Shown here: one piece after another, positions 10,253-20,354 of the stretch
Position numbering within the stretch: the stretch's first letter is position 1
Layout of the letters: each line of letters opens with the position of its first letter
Source of the DNA: Hydrurus foetidus
Taxonomy: Eukaryota
NCBI GenBank assembly: GCA_900617105.1
Contig: UYFQ01000535.1
Span: 1-34,605, forward strand
Reading direction: 5' to 3'
Length of the DNA stretch: 34,605 nucleotides
The notes under the pieces: generated by a model
Database searches by the model: none
Told to the model about the DNA's origin: nothing
Seen by the model: the letters and a program-made list of their open reading frames with translations, nothing else
Program-made: the position numbers and the translations under genes

Positions 10253-13200
10253 ATGCCTCCAAAACGCGCCCCTGATGCTAAAGATGCAAAGGAATGCATG
10301 CTTCAGATCGGGAAGTACAATAACGTCGTGGCCTGGAACCTCGACGTTAGGGCCTCCGTAGGAGCTACCTGCGGCAGCAGCGCCCTATTCCTCACGACGG
10401 ACGTTAGATACGTACCTCCGCTCCCGCGAGACTCAGATTACGTCGTCACCTATCCCACCGGCGATGGAGATCCAGCGCCAGTAGGAATGTCGGCTGAGCT
10501 GAAAGCGGACCTTAAGAAGGACGCTTTTACCAGCAGACAGCGAGAGATGCGAAAGCAGAAGGAGGACGAGAAGAAGATATACAGTGTCCTGTGGATGAGA
10601 ATGTCACCTGCCTCACAAAGCAAAGTGAGAGAGCAGGCCGAATTCGAAGTAGCAGACGTCAGTAAGGACTGCGTCGTGCTATGGACCATGATCAAACGCA
10701 CACATTTGACTAACATCAATGGTGCACAAGCCCCTATGGTTCGACTGAACAAGAGGGATCAAATGGCGCGGTACAATGCGCTCAGACAAGGTGATAGAGA
10801 ATATGTCGCCTCCTTCAAAATCCGTTATGACGCGCAGGTTCAAGCGGGCGTCGGAGCCGGTCTCACCGCCCTTGACGAAGAAACCATGGCTATGGACTTC
10901 CTCCATAAGCTTGATCAGAAGAGATTCGGCAAGCTACTGACGCACATGAGGCGGAATGCACTGTTCAACAATGCCGACGCCTATCCGGCTACCCTGGCCG
11001 CAGCAGTCACTATCGCCTCAGACTGGCCGGATGAAGGTCCAAGTTCCGGGAGGTCCGACCCCTCAGGAAACGATACCCACTCTGCCTTCGTCACCGCAGA
11101 TTCCTGTTTTGTTACGAAAGCTAAGGATTCTGGAAAGAAAGGCGCAAAGGCCCCGGCGGCCGACAAAACCGCCCCAGGGAAGAAGAAGTCACTAGAGGAA
11201 GTCGAGTGCTACGTCTGCGGAGAACTGGGACACTACGCGCGCGACTGCAAGAGTAGAAAGTCCGCCGCGAAAGCCCTAGTCGCGAAATCGGCGGTGGACA
11301 AGGGCAATGACGACGACGAGTATGAGAGCGAAGAGGAGGACGAGACGGTGTATGTTACAACCTTGGAGACTGCCCTGTTCGCCAGGGATGACGTGCTTCT
11401 CGACAGCCAGGCTTCTGTCAACGTTTTCTGCAATCAAGCCCTCTTGAGCAACGTAAGGAAGTCGGACAGAAACATCGTGCTCAATGGCGTCCAGTCTGGT
11501 GCCGCCGGGGTGAAGATCACACAAGAAGGCGACTTCAACAACGTGGGAAAGGTATACTACAGCGCAGAAGCTACAGCAAACATCTTGTCATATGCCGTCA
11601 TGGTCGACGGCGGAAATCGGGTGAGGTACGACCAACGCAACGACAGATTCCTGCTAAGGCCGGTCGGGGGCAACATGGTGTACTCGTTCTGTAGGAAGAA
11701 CATCCCTGGTAGCGAAGGTCGATTCTACTGCTGCAATGTCAACTCGATGGTGAGTGAACACGCGACGACTTACCCGACAGAAGACCGGGTGCTAATAGAA
11801 ACCGAGGCCGAGAACATGTCGCGTTATACAAAGCGCGAAATCGAAGGAGCGCGCAAAGCGAGAAACTTGCTAGCTAAGATGGGATTTCCCTCAGTTTCTC
11901 AAGCGATCGAGATCGCCACACGCGGCGTCAACTTCACAGTAACGGGTACAGACTTCCAGATAGCAAACGACATATGGGGTCCAGATATTGCGTCACTAAA
12001 GGGCAAGACGAAGAAGCTGTCCAGCAAAATCGCGGACACCCATATCTCGAAACCGACGTTGCAGCAGGAACAAATCCTATCGGTAGATGTCATGTATGTT
12101 GAGGGTGTACCCTCGCTAATCGGCCTGGCGACACCGTTAGATCTCACTATGGCTGTGTCCCTGCTCAGACTCGATTCCACACACGGTTCGAGGTCGACTA
12201 GTATCATCAGGGATGGAATCTTGGGATTCATATCGACTCTGTCGTCACGGAACTTCGTGACTCGACTCATCATGAGCGATGGTGAGGGTGCAGTGGGAAC
12301 GATCACTAGAGAGCTGAATCAAATGGGGATAGAGGTTAACGTCAGTGGGGCTGGGGGCCATGTTGCTCGTATAGAGCGGAAAATACAAACGGTAAAAGGA
12401 AGGGCTGTAACAATCATGCAATCCGACGATCTCCCATACACACTAACTCGTCTCGGAGTAGCAATGCTAGTACTATTCTGCGTGTCTAGGTTGAATTATC
12501 AGTCATCTGGAACTGGCGGCAGATTCGAAAGCCCGAGAGTTGCGTTCTCAGGACGTCAAGTCGACGAGACGCTGGACTTCAGAGCGAGCTTCGGGGAGTA
12601 CGCACAATGTACTGTAGCCAACACCGACAGGTCCATGGCGCCACGCACGGAGGACTGCATCGTAATGCTGCCTACAGGCAACAGGACGGGATCCGTGAAG
12701 ATGATGTCCATCAGGACTGGTAAGCTTGTGACGAGGGATCAATTCAAATTGCTCCCCATGCCATCCTCTGTTATCACCAGGCTTAACGAGATGGCAGCCG
12801 CAGAAGGAAGGGTCGCCGGTACCAGATCTAGTATAGTGTACGATGTGGAGCGAGGGTTGGAGAAAGACGATATGACGTATATCCGGCCAACTACCGATGA
12901 TGACGGACCACTCCCGTTCATCCCAGCGGAAGCGGGGGACAGTTACGGAATCAGTCCGCTCGCCGACGCTAACATAGACAACAATCAGATCGACAGCTAC
13001 CAGTACGAACCGTACTCAGCTGAGGATATAGAGAGAGACATCCGAGACATGGATGCACAGTACCCTAGGCCCTACCCTCCGCAGCGTCTCATGGAGCTTA
13101 ATGCTGATGACCTCGACGTGGGTCCACTAGTGGAGTTCGAAGAGCCCGTTACGGAGATATACAGGCATCCCGAGGCAGCGATACCGGCCACCCCTCCAAG

Positions 13201-14941
13201 ACCAAGAGGTAACTCGGACATCAGGGTTGACAGGGTGAGCTCGACACCTACCGTCAGTACCACGCCTCTTCCACTTAGAACAAACCTGTCGAACCACTAC
13301 CAACCTGGGGACACGGCAGTCCTAGCCAAAGAACACGTGATGAACATCACAGTCAAGGAAGCGCTAAGGAGTAGGGGTGCGGAAGCAGAGCGAGTCATAC
13401 TCAAAGAGCTATCACAAATGATAGACAAAAAGGTATGGACGCCTATTCATATGTCCGTACTCACCAATACGGAAAAACACGGTATTATTCGTTCGCAGAT
13501 GTTTCTCAAGGAAAAGTACTTTCCCAACGGTGAGTTTGAGAAACTCAAAGCACGTCTAGTCGCTGGCGGAAACCAGCAGGATAAGGACCTCTACGATGAC
13601 CTCTCATCACCTACAGTCTCCACGAGTGTGGTTATGACAGTGTTCGCCATAGCTGCTCATGAGAAGAGGAGCGCCGTTGTGGTCGACATTGGGGGTGCCT
13701 ATCTGAATGCTAGCATGAACACAGGAGTGACTGTGCACATGAGACTTGATGCTACCATGTCCAGAATGATGACAAAGATAGACAGACACTACAACCAGTT
13801 TACAGACAACAGAGGGTGCATAGTTGTACGGCTCGACAAGGCGTTGTACGGGTGCGTGGAATCAGCGGCGCTGTGGTATGAGAATTTATCCGCTACCCTA
13901 TCTGGGCTAGGGTATAAGAAGAATGACTACGAGGCATGCGTGTACAACAGGACTGAAGGAGGGGTGCAGTGCACGGTTGCATTCCATGTAGACGATCTGA
14001 TCATCACCAGCGAGAACATGAGTATGATCGACGATCTTTGTAAGGGACTCAAGTGTGAGTACGGAGAAATAACCAGACGAGATGGGCCACTGCTGAATTA
14101 CCTAGGAATGTCATTCGACCTATCAGTGCCAGGCGAAGTGAGCATGAGCATGAAGGGGTACACGAACGATGTGATACTATGCGGGGGTATACCGGGCAAA
14201 GCTCGTAGCCCGGCTACTGACGGCCTATTCGACGTAAGAGACGGTGCGGAACTCGTGGTGGAATCGACCCGGGTATGGTTCCATAGTATTGTTGCGAAGC
14301 TATGGTTCTTGGGAAAGAGAGCGAGACCAGACTGTCTAGCTGCATTAGCGTACCTCGCTACTCGCGTCACTCGCTGCACTACTGATGACGTCGAGAAACT
14401 TAAACGCTTGTTGAGATACATATCTGATACCAGAGACAGAGGTGTAGTATTCAGACCGGGCAAATTTGGTATACGAGTAAGAGTGTTTATCGATGCAGCA
14501 TACGGAGTGCATCCGGACGGTAAATCACACACAGGGAGCTGTGTGGTGATAGGTGACTTGGGTGCGGTACACTGCAAATCTAGCAAGCAGAGTATAGTCA
14601 CTAAGTCGAGCACAGAAGCTGAACTAATCGCACTATCTGACTCTGCAAACCAAGGCCTCTATATCCGTAATTTTCTTATCTCGCAGGGACATAAGATGAA
14701 TCCAGTAATCATCTATCAGGACAACACTTCCTGCATGGCCCTTGTCGAGAGAGGACGCTCAGGAGCAGAGCGCACACGGCACATCGCTATACGGAACTTC
14801 TGGATACGAGAGCGGGTCACCACTGGAGAAGCTGTCATAGAGCATATGGGGACAAGGGACATGTACGCGAACGTACTGACGAAGCCCCTCCAAGGAGCCC
14901 AATTCGTGTATGAGAGAAAGTGTCTTACGGGACAGGAGTAG
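10253..14941 (+). CDS. Copia Gag-Pol polyprotein (Gag, Zn knuckle, protease, integrase, RT, RNase H)
   Basis: CYVCGELGHYARDC knuckle; LLDSQAS protease; integrase VDVMY/MSDGEG/RIERK; RT KARLVAGG, KALYG, HVDDL; RNase H FIDAAY, STEAE, QDN. Integrase precedes RT, the copia order. The ATG is at 10253; the ORF track starts at the preceding GTG. Confidence 0.97.
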   Translation: MPPKRAPDAKDAKECMLQIGKYNNVVAWNLDVRASVGATCGSSALFLTTDVRYVPPLPRDSDYVVTYPTGDGDPAPVGMSAELKADLKKDAFTSRQREMRKQKEDEKKIYSVLWMRMSPASQSKVREQAEFEVADVSKDCVVLWTMIKRTHLTNINGAQAPMVRLNKRDQMARYNALRQGDREYVASFKIRYDAQVQAGVGAGLTALDEETMAMDFLHKLDQKRFGKLLTHMRRNALFNNADAYPATLAAAVTIASDWPDEGPSSGRSDPSGNDTHSAFVTADSCFVTKAKDSGKKGAKAPAADKTAPGKKKSLEEVECYVCGELGHYARDCKSRKSAAKALVAKSAVDKGNDDDEYESEEEDETVYVTTLETALFARDDVLLDSQASVNVFCNQALLSNVRKSDRNIVLNGVQSGAAGVKITQEGDFNNVGKVYYSAEATANILSYAVMVDGGNRVRYDQRNDRFLLRPVGGNMVYSFCRKNIPGSEGRFYCCNVNSMVSEHATTYPTEDRVLIETEAENMSRYTKREIEGARKARNLLAKMGFPSVSQAIEIATRGVNFTVTGTDFQIANDIWGPDIASLKGKTKKLSSKIADTHISKPTLQQEQILSVDVMYVEGVPSLIGLATPLDLTMAVSLLRLDSTHGSRSTSIIRDGILGFISTLSSRNFVTRLIMSDGEGAVGTITRELNQMGIEVNVSGAGGHVARIERKIQTVKGRAVTIMQSDDLPYTLTRLGVAMLVLFCVSRLNYQSSGTGGRFESPRVAFSGRQVDETLDFRASFGEYAQCTVANTDRSMAPRTEDCIVMLPTGNRTGSVKMMSIRTGKLVTRDQFKLLPMPSSVITRLNEMAAAEGRVAGTRSSIVYDVERGLEKDDMTYIRPTTDDDGPLPFIPAEAGDSYGISPLADANIDNNQIDSYQYEPYSAEDIERDIRDMDAQYPRPYPPQRLMELNADDLDVGPLVEFEEPVTEIYRHPEAAIPATPPRPRGNSDIRVDRVSSTPTVSTTPLPLRTNLSNHYQPGDTAVLAKEHVMNITVKEALRSRGAEAERVILKELSQMIDKKVWTPIHMSVLTNTEKHGIIRSQMFLKEKYFPNGEFEKLKARLVAGGNQQDKDLYDDLSSPTVSTSVVMTVFAIAAHEKRSAVVVDIGGAYLNASMNTGVTVHMRLDATMSRMMTKIDRHYNQFTDNRGCIVVRLDKALYGCVESAALWYENLSATLSGLGYKKNDYEACVYNRTEGGVQCTVAFHVDDLIITSENMSMIDDLCKGLKCEYGEITRRDGPLLNYLGMSFDLSVPGEVSMSMKGYTNDVILCGGIPGKARSPATDGLFDVRDGAELVVESTRVWFHSIVAKLWFLGKRARPDCLAALAYLATRVTRCTTDDVEKLKRLLRYISDTRDRGVVFRPGKFGIRVRVFIDAAYGVHPDGKSHTGSCVVIGDLGAVHCKSSKQSIVTKSSTEAELIALSDSANQGLYIRNFLISQGHKMNPVIIYQDNTSCMALVERGRSGAERTRHIAIRNFWIRERVTTGEAVIEHMGTRDMYANVLTKPLQGAQFVYERKCLTGQE

Positions 14942-15047
14942 TCATAGCGTGTATTACTGCGGATGTATCGAAATCTATTGCGTGATTGTTACAAGCTGTT
15001 TAAATAAGTATAATGCATGGTGTTTAACTGCGGTAGTCCTAGGCGTG

Positions 15048-15330
15048 TGTTGGATATTGCGTTGTAGGTCTACCGTTAGTTACGAGGTGTAGTACGCACG
15101 TACGTACCGAGTCCGGTTAACGGCGCTACACTTTGTATGCATGAAAATGAATGAGTAGTTTAGCGAACGACACTTTAGATTGTAGGTGACCGAATAAACG
15201 TCGTGGCTAATGAACAGGGACATTAGTCACTAGTTTAAATAACAAGTACTGATCGAGAGCAGTCGATTTTTTACGAGCCTTGGAACGTGATACAACACCG
15301 GGTAGTTCTAGAAACACCGGATTTCCAACA
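15048..15330 (+). repeat. 3' LTR of copia-1
   Basis: 281/283 identical to 9943-10225. Confidence 0.97.
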
Positions 15331-15486
15331 TCCGATGCACGTGCGCGCGGTAAACATTTTTTAAACATTGTTCATGGTGAAATATTCGCTTTTACCTTTT
15401 ACGAACAACTTGCTGCGCAGAGTCAGAAATAAATCTAAAAGCCTCCCTTCAGCGATTTTGAAGAAAAGGAACGTAGATATCCGCCA

Positions 15487-16674
15487 ATGTTACCAACTTG
15501 CGAACGGAAAGCCTCTTCAGCCTGTGCTGCTGATGGATCCCCTATTTACGAATTCACGATGACCAATTGCAACGCGGGTGTAAAAGTTGTCGTTGTGTCG
15601 TACGGTGCCACAATCATGGAAGTGAAAGTTCCCGACAGAAATGGCGTTTGTGAGAACGTCGTCCTATGCCATGATACGATCGAAAATCTCGTATCAAATC
15701 GCGGCGCGTACTACGGCGCCATCGTTGGTCGATACGCTAACAGAATTGGAGGAGGGAAATTTGTACTCGACGGGAAAGAACACAACTTAGTCCAGAACAA
15801 TGGTTGTCATGCGTTGCATGGAGGTAATCAAGGGTTTGATCAGAAAAATTGGGCAGTTGAAGAGTTTGCTTTTTCCGCAGCATCTGGGGTGAAATTCTCG
15901 CTGATATCACCACATGGCGAGGAAGGGTACCCAGGAGAACTACATGTTCAAGTGACGTACACCCTGAACAACGAGAACGACCTCATCATCGACTATTCGG
16001 CACAGACAATCGGAGAAGCTACCGTGCTGAATCTGACCAATCACTCTTACTGTAAGATAAATGATGATGTAATCTATTCTACAACACAACTCATCCAATC
16101 CGTCCACAATTTTTTCTCATCAGTCAACCTCTCCGGCGGCTGCCGTCGAAGCATACTTGACGAGAAGCTCATTTTATCATGTGGTCGCTATCTAGCGACT
16201 GATGACGACAGCAGCATTACCGGTGGAATGTTATCAGTCGACAACACTCCCTTTGACTTGCGAGGCACTTCAAGTAACGGAAAGGCTCTCGGCGAAGTTG
16301 TCCCGCAGATCAACGGACATGGACAACCAGGTCTAGACCACACATTTTTGATCGACAACTATGATAACAACCACGCGCAGAGGCAGTCGGGAGGGAAGCC
16401 CCCTATGAACCACGTCGCTACTCTCACAGACGAGCAATCAGGCAGGCAGCTCCAATGCAGCACAAGCATGCCATCAGTGCAGGTGTACACAGCAAACTGG
16501 TTACCTGGAAGGAGCGATGATGACACGAATATACATGTGCAGCATAACGCAGTCTGCCTGGAAACACAGTTTTATCCCGACGCCCCCAATCATCCGAAAT
16601 TCCCATCGACAGTCCTCAGGCCTGAAGAGACTTTCGAACACAAGGCTATCTACAGTTTCCGTACGATCGCATAA
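15487..16674 (+). CDS. galM: Aldose 1-epimerase (galactose mutarotase); exons 15487-16051 and 16124-16674
   Basis: Motifs GAIVGRYANRI, HALHGG, GEEGYPG, LDHTF, QVYTAN, CLETQFYPDAPN. Removing a GTAAGA...CATCAG intron restores the conserved TNHSYFNL. Confidence 0.95.
   Translation: MLPTCERKASSACAADGSPIYEFTMTNCNAGVKVVVVSYGATIMEVKVPDRNGVCENVVLCHDTIENLVSNRGAYYGAIVGRYANRIGGGKFVLDGKEHNLVQNNGCHALHGGNQGFDQKNWAVEEFAFSAASGVKFSLISPHGEEGYPGELHVQVTYTLNNENDLIIDYSAQTIGEATVLNLTNHSYCKINDDVIYSTTQLIQSVHNFFSSVNLSGGCRRSILDEKLILSCGRYLATDDDSSITGGMLSVDNTPFDLRGTSSNGKALGEVVPQINGHGQPGLDHTFLIDNYDNNHAQRQSGGKPPMNHVATLTDEQSGRQLQCSTSMPSVQVYTANWLPGRSDDDTNIHVQHNAVCLETQFYPDAPNHPKFPSTVLRPEETFEHKAIYSFRTIA
16052..16123 (+). other. 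72-nt spliceosomal intron (multiple of 3, stop-free)
   Basis: GTAAGA donor, pyrimidine-rich TTTTTTCTCATCAG acceptor; splicing gives TAC T|TC AAC CTC = YFNL. Confidence 0.9.
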
Positions 16675-16983
16675 TATGTAACTGACTTCCACCAGCACCC
16701 CCATCGCGGTCTGCACCGTATGCATAATTTCTCCAACGTTTTCACCGAATATATATATTTACTCCGTTATCTGGCAAACGCCAACTACTTCAATGATTTT
16801 TAAACTTACATTTAGTAGCATAATCTGGGCTCTCTACTTTTCTGATTTCGAAGAGCTTTCACCGAACATGCCGAAGATTAGTTTAAATAATGGGCTGACG
16901 CCGTCCCCGAGAGATCGGATGATATATTACGACAGCGTGTTTAAACTGTGTAATTGTCAAACGCTTATTAGCTATGTGTTTTG

Positions 16984-18228
16984 TTAAATCATTTTCTTAG
17001 CACTCCATTGCCTCAGTACCTCAAAAGTAGCGATAGAAGCAGCAGAGGCGACGTTGAGGGAGTTCTTCTGCCCGTAAGTCGGAATTTCAGCGATTATATC
17101 TGCCGCTTCCATCACCCTAGTGTCCACTCCCGTGACCTCATTGCCGACAATGAGAGCTACTCTCAGTGGATATTCCACATCCGTGTACAGCTGGCTCCTC
17201 GATGTGGTTTCCATCGCAACTATCGTGTGTCCCTCCTCTTTCAATGTCGCCACAGCCACCATTATATCGTCGAAATGGCGACATGGTACCGAGTCAGTCG
17301 CTGATAAGGCGGTTTTTCTAAGCTTAGGGTGTGGAGGGTGAGCTGTAATCCCGCATGTGACAATCTCTGTGACGCCTGCTGTCTCGCCAGTCCTGAACAT
17401 ACTTCCAACATTAAATGCAGACCGGATATTATCTAAAACGAGAACCACAGGATGCGCTTTCCGCTGTTCAGAATTGCCCCCAAATCCAAGCGTTGGTACA
17501 GATGCTTTATCTACGTTGCGGAGGTAGGTGGCTTCATCAGCGCGAAGCTGTCGCAAAGCAAGCTGAATCTGTGCTGCTGCGCGATCCGCCGCTCTTTCTA
17601 CTGGTTCTAAAATATGCACCGCCTTAGCTCGAGGTGAGCAGAACGATCTATATATTCTCGCAGGTGGAGTGCCTGCGAACTTTGCTGTCATGAGATCTTC
17701 CCATGGAATGGATAATTTCACTAGTGCGATGATGATCGCATCACGTCTCTCAACATCAAGTTGCCTTTCTTCGTCAATAGGTGCTAGGCTTACTTGACCT
17801 GCTCGCGGCGAAAATGCGCATAGAAAAAGCACGCCGTCCTCTGCACAGCCGCTTGTACGATGCATTGCAAAGGACTCAGGTATCGCTGATGTGTGCTGAA
17901 TCTGGACCTGACCATCATGAACTGGAACAACTGTATTCGTCAACGTTGAGAATAAGATTCCCATTTCGACTCTTGATAGATCCAATGCATTTTGTGCGAC
18001 ACTTGCTAGCCGCACTTGTTCTGAAATATCGGGCACCTCCCCTCCAGTATTGTTTCTATGCTCAAACTTTGTGGTATGTGTCCAAAATCTGTGATTTGGA
18101 AGCCCTGCTGCACTATTGCTATTTAGGAAAAATTTCGATATTGAAACAGCTCTCTGGAAATGCCTTTTCCTGCTCATTGTCAATAGAAACAGATCCAAAG
18201 CAAGGCTTAAGAAGAGATTTCGTATCAT
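16984..18228 (-). CDS. SpoU/TrmH-family (SPOUT) tRNA/rRNA 2'-O-methyltransferase with a long N-terminal extension
   Basis: VLVLDNIRSAFNVGSMFRT, ALIVGNEVTGV and EIPTYGQKNSLNVASAASI are SpoU motifs 1-3. The start codon is less certain than the domain. Confidence 0.9.
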   Translation of the reverse strand: MIRNLFLSLALDLFLLTMSRKRHFQRAVSISKFFLNSNSAAGLPNHRFWTHTTKFEHRNNTGGEVPDISEQVRLASVAQNALDLSRVEMGILFSTLTNTVVPVHDGQVQIQHTSAIPESFAMHRTSGCAEDGVLFLCAFSPRAGQVSLAPIDEERQLDVERRDAIIIALVKLSIPWEDLMTAKFAGTPPARIYRSFCSPRAKAVHILEPVERAADRAAAQIQLALRQLRADEATYLRNVDKASVPTLGFGGNSEQRKAHPVVLVLDNIRSAFNVGSMFRTGETAGVTEIVTCGITAHPPHPKLRKTALSATDSVPCRHFDDIMVAVATLKEEGHTIVAMETTSRSQLYTDVEYPLRVALIVGNEVTGVDTRVMEAADIIAEIPTYGQKNSLNVASAASIATFEVLRQWSAKKMI

Positions 18229-18434
18229 TGAATGACTTATTGAATTCTTTCTCGGCTTTCACATGAAGAGAGTTGATAGCATCGCTGACGTGATCCTAGA
18301 AGCCTCAAATGAAACAATTACAGCAAAGAATCATGAACAGAGCTGGCTCGCTGATTTGAATTGAAGTCAAAAGAGTGGTGGAGCAACCTATGTGTAGTAA
18401 TATCAGTATGGCAACCATTTACGGACATACTAAA

Positions 18435-19744
18435 TAGAGTGGTGGAGCAACCTGGAATTCCGGTTCCAGGTTTAGAGAATTTCCGGATTATTTTTCATGA
18501 TCGGAACCGTGGTGGAGCACGTGAATTCCGGAATTTCGGATCCATGGAACCCCCAAGAAACCGGTGGGTTCGACTTCTCCCTAGTGCATGTGGGTAGGCG
18601 AGCATGATATCGACTCAAAATCGACTATCGATGTAATCTTTTCACTAGATTTTAGATAGTTACGAGGTTCATTTAGTTTATCGTCGTAGCCACCATTTCC
18701 TCTTTTTTGCAGTTAAGTAAAAGTTCCTAATGTCGTCATTTTAGGCCTTCATTATTAAGTGATGATTTCTCCTATCAACCCCCAAGTATATCACCTTCTC
18801 AGCAGCTGAATGGCCCTCGGGCTCTCAAAACATTTTTGCAATCATATGGCATCTTCTTTTGCGTACATTCTTACCGCTGATCTCGAATTCTAAGAAATTT
18901 CGACTCCTGCTGGGAAGGTTTCAGAGACAGCGACCTTTTGGGACAGCTCGGGCAAGGCCTGCCGACAGTGTTCGGCTGCTGCAGCACGGCAGTCGATCTC
19001 AAAACTACGCATTTTTTTAAAATAAGAAAAGCTGTGTCTGAAGAATGTTTTCTTATATCTACAGGTAGACTACAAAAGTGATATCTAACCGTAAAAATGT
19101 ATAGTAGGTAATTTGAGCGACCGCGAGAAGACTGGCACGCCGTCAGTCGCCGCAAGGCACACAGTTATCTTTGGTGCTCTTGATGACCTTGTGGGACACG
19201 AGCCGGAGCGATCTGAAGCTTTCGGCTTGGTCTGACGTTCGGGAACGTGGAAGCTTTCACCTGCGGTCCTTTATCAGCGTCCTGAGACTTTTTTGGGATC
19301 CAAAAAGAAGCCCCTAGCGCAATTTCCTGATTTGGCAGCGTCACAGCTGCAAAGCGTTGGCTCGGGAACGTTTGTTCCCACAAAAAGACTTCCATTTTGA
19401 GGAGTGCGATGAAAATCACAGAGAAATCGGTGCTCAAGGCACTGTTGGATAAATTTCAAATGGCATGCATTGCCTGCGTCCGATGTTGTTGACTCCCGCA
19501 AAAAATTCTCAGCGTGATGACCATTTTTGTGGTCGTTTGAGTGTGTATTCCTACTGCTATGAGAGCGGTGCTGTAAGTTTAGACAGCAGCAGCTTCATTT
19601 TAGGGGGCGAATCGATCCGGAAGTTTGACTTCTGGATTGGAGTATTTTTGAGTGGGACATCCGGATCAATCCAGAAGTCAACTTCCGGATCAATCCGGAT
19701 TTACCCCAAAAAAAGCGGGACTTCCGGATTGCTCCACCACTCTA
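18435..19744. mobile_element. Non-autonomous hAT-like element (16-bp TIR, TCCGGA subterminal repeats)
   Basis: TAGAGTGGTGGAGCAA at 18435-18450 and its perfect reverse complement at 19729-19744. (T)TCCGG(A) motifs cluster inside both ends. No clean 8-bp TSD (ATACTAAA vs ATGACTCA). Confidence 0.65.
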
Positions 19745-19776
19745 ATGACTCAAATATAAAGGACAACTATAAAAAG

Positions 19777-20352
19777 AGAATCAAAACTTTTTCCGACGAA
19801 TCGAAGACTTTAATGTGAGAATCAAGACTATTTCAGTGAATCGGCGACTTTATAAAACATGTCACACTAAGGCCGATCCTTACCGGTTGAAAACTAAAAA
19901 CCGAAAACTCAAAAAATTTTAGCCTCAATACTCAAAAGTTACGCGAGATCAAAATATGTAACCCCCCTAAACTTGGCACTGCCGACCAACTTCCGGAACT
20001 AGAAACTCCCCATCGATTGTGGTTGTTCTGTTCAAAATCGGTGGCCATTCGAGTTTTCGGTTTCAGTTGACTGAAAACTGACAAATCGGTCATTTTCGGC
20101 CTTTTTTACCTGTTTTTGACGACCAAAAACGAAAAAAATGAATTCTTTTTCCAGCACCCCCCGAAAAGGTCCTCCGTACGGGGCATTGGGAGCGTTTGGT
20201 GAATCCAAAGTCGGTTTTTAGTTTTCAACCGGTAAGGATCGGCCTAATTCAAATAAAAAAAACTGTAAAGGCAGAATCAAAACTATTTCCGACGAATCGA
20301 AGACTTTAATGTGAGAATCAAGACTATTCCGGTGAATCGGCGACTTTATAAA
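19777..20352 (+). repeat. Two ~80-bp direct repeats (19777-19857, 20273-20352) separated by a MITE
   Basis: AGAATCAAAACT.TTTCCGACGAATCGAAGACTTTAATGTGAGAATCAAGACTATT.C.GTGAATCGGCGACTTTATAAA occurs twice, with an internal ~21-bp GAATC..GACT periodicity. Confidence 0.85.
19871..20244. mobile_element. PIF/Harbinger (Tourist-like) MITE, 374 bp
   Basis: Perfect 34-bp TIR GGCCGATCCTTACCGGTTGAAAACTAAAAACCGA; TAA TSD at 19868-19870 and 20245-20247. Confidence 0.93.
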
Positions 20353-20354
20353 AT

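Larger units (their letters stand above)
9943..15330 (+). mobile_element. Full-length, apparently intact Ty1/copia LTR retrotransposon (copia-1)
   Basis: 283-bp LTRs TGTTGGA...TCCAACA differ at only 2 sites. TSD TCCGA at 9938-9942 and 15331-15335. Single uninterrupted Gag-PR-IN-RT-RH ORF. Confidence 0.98.
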
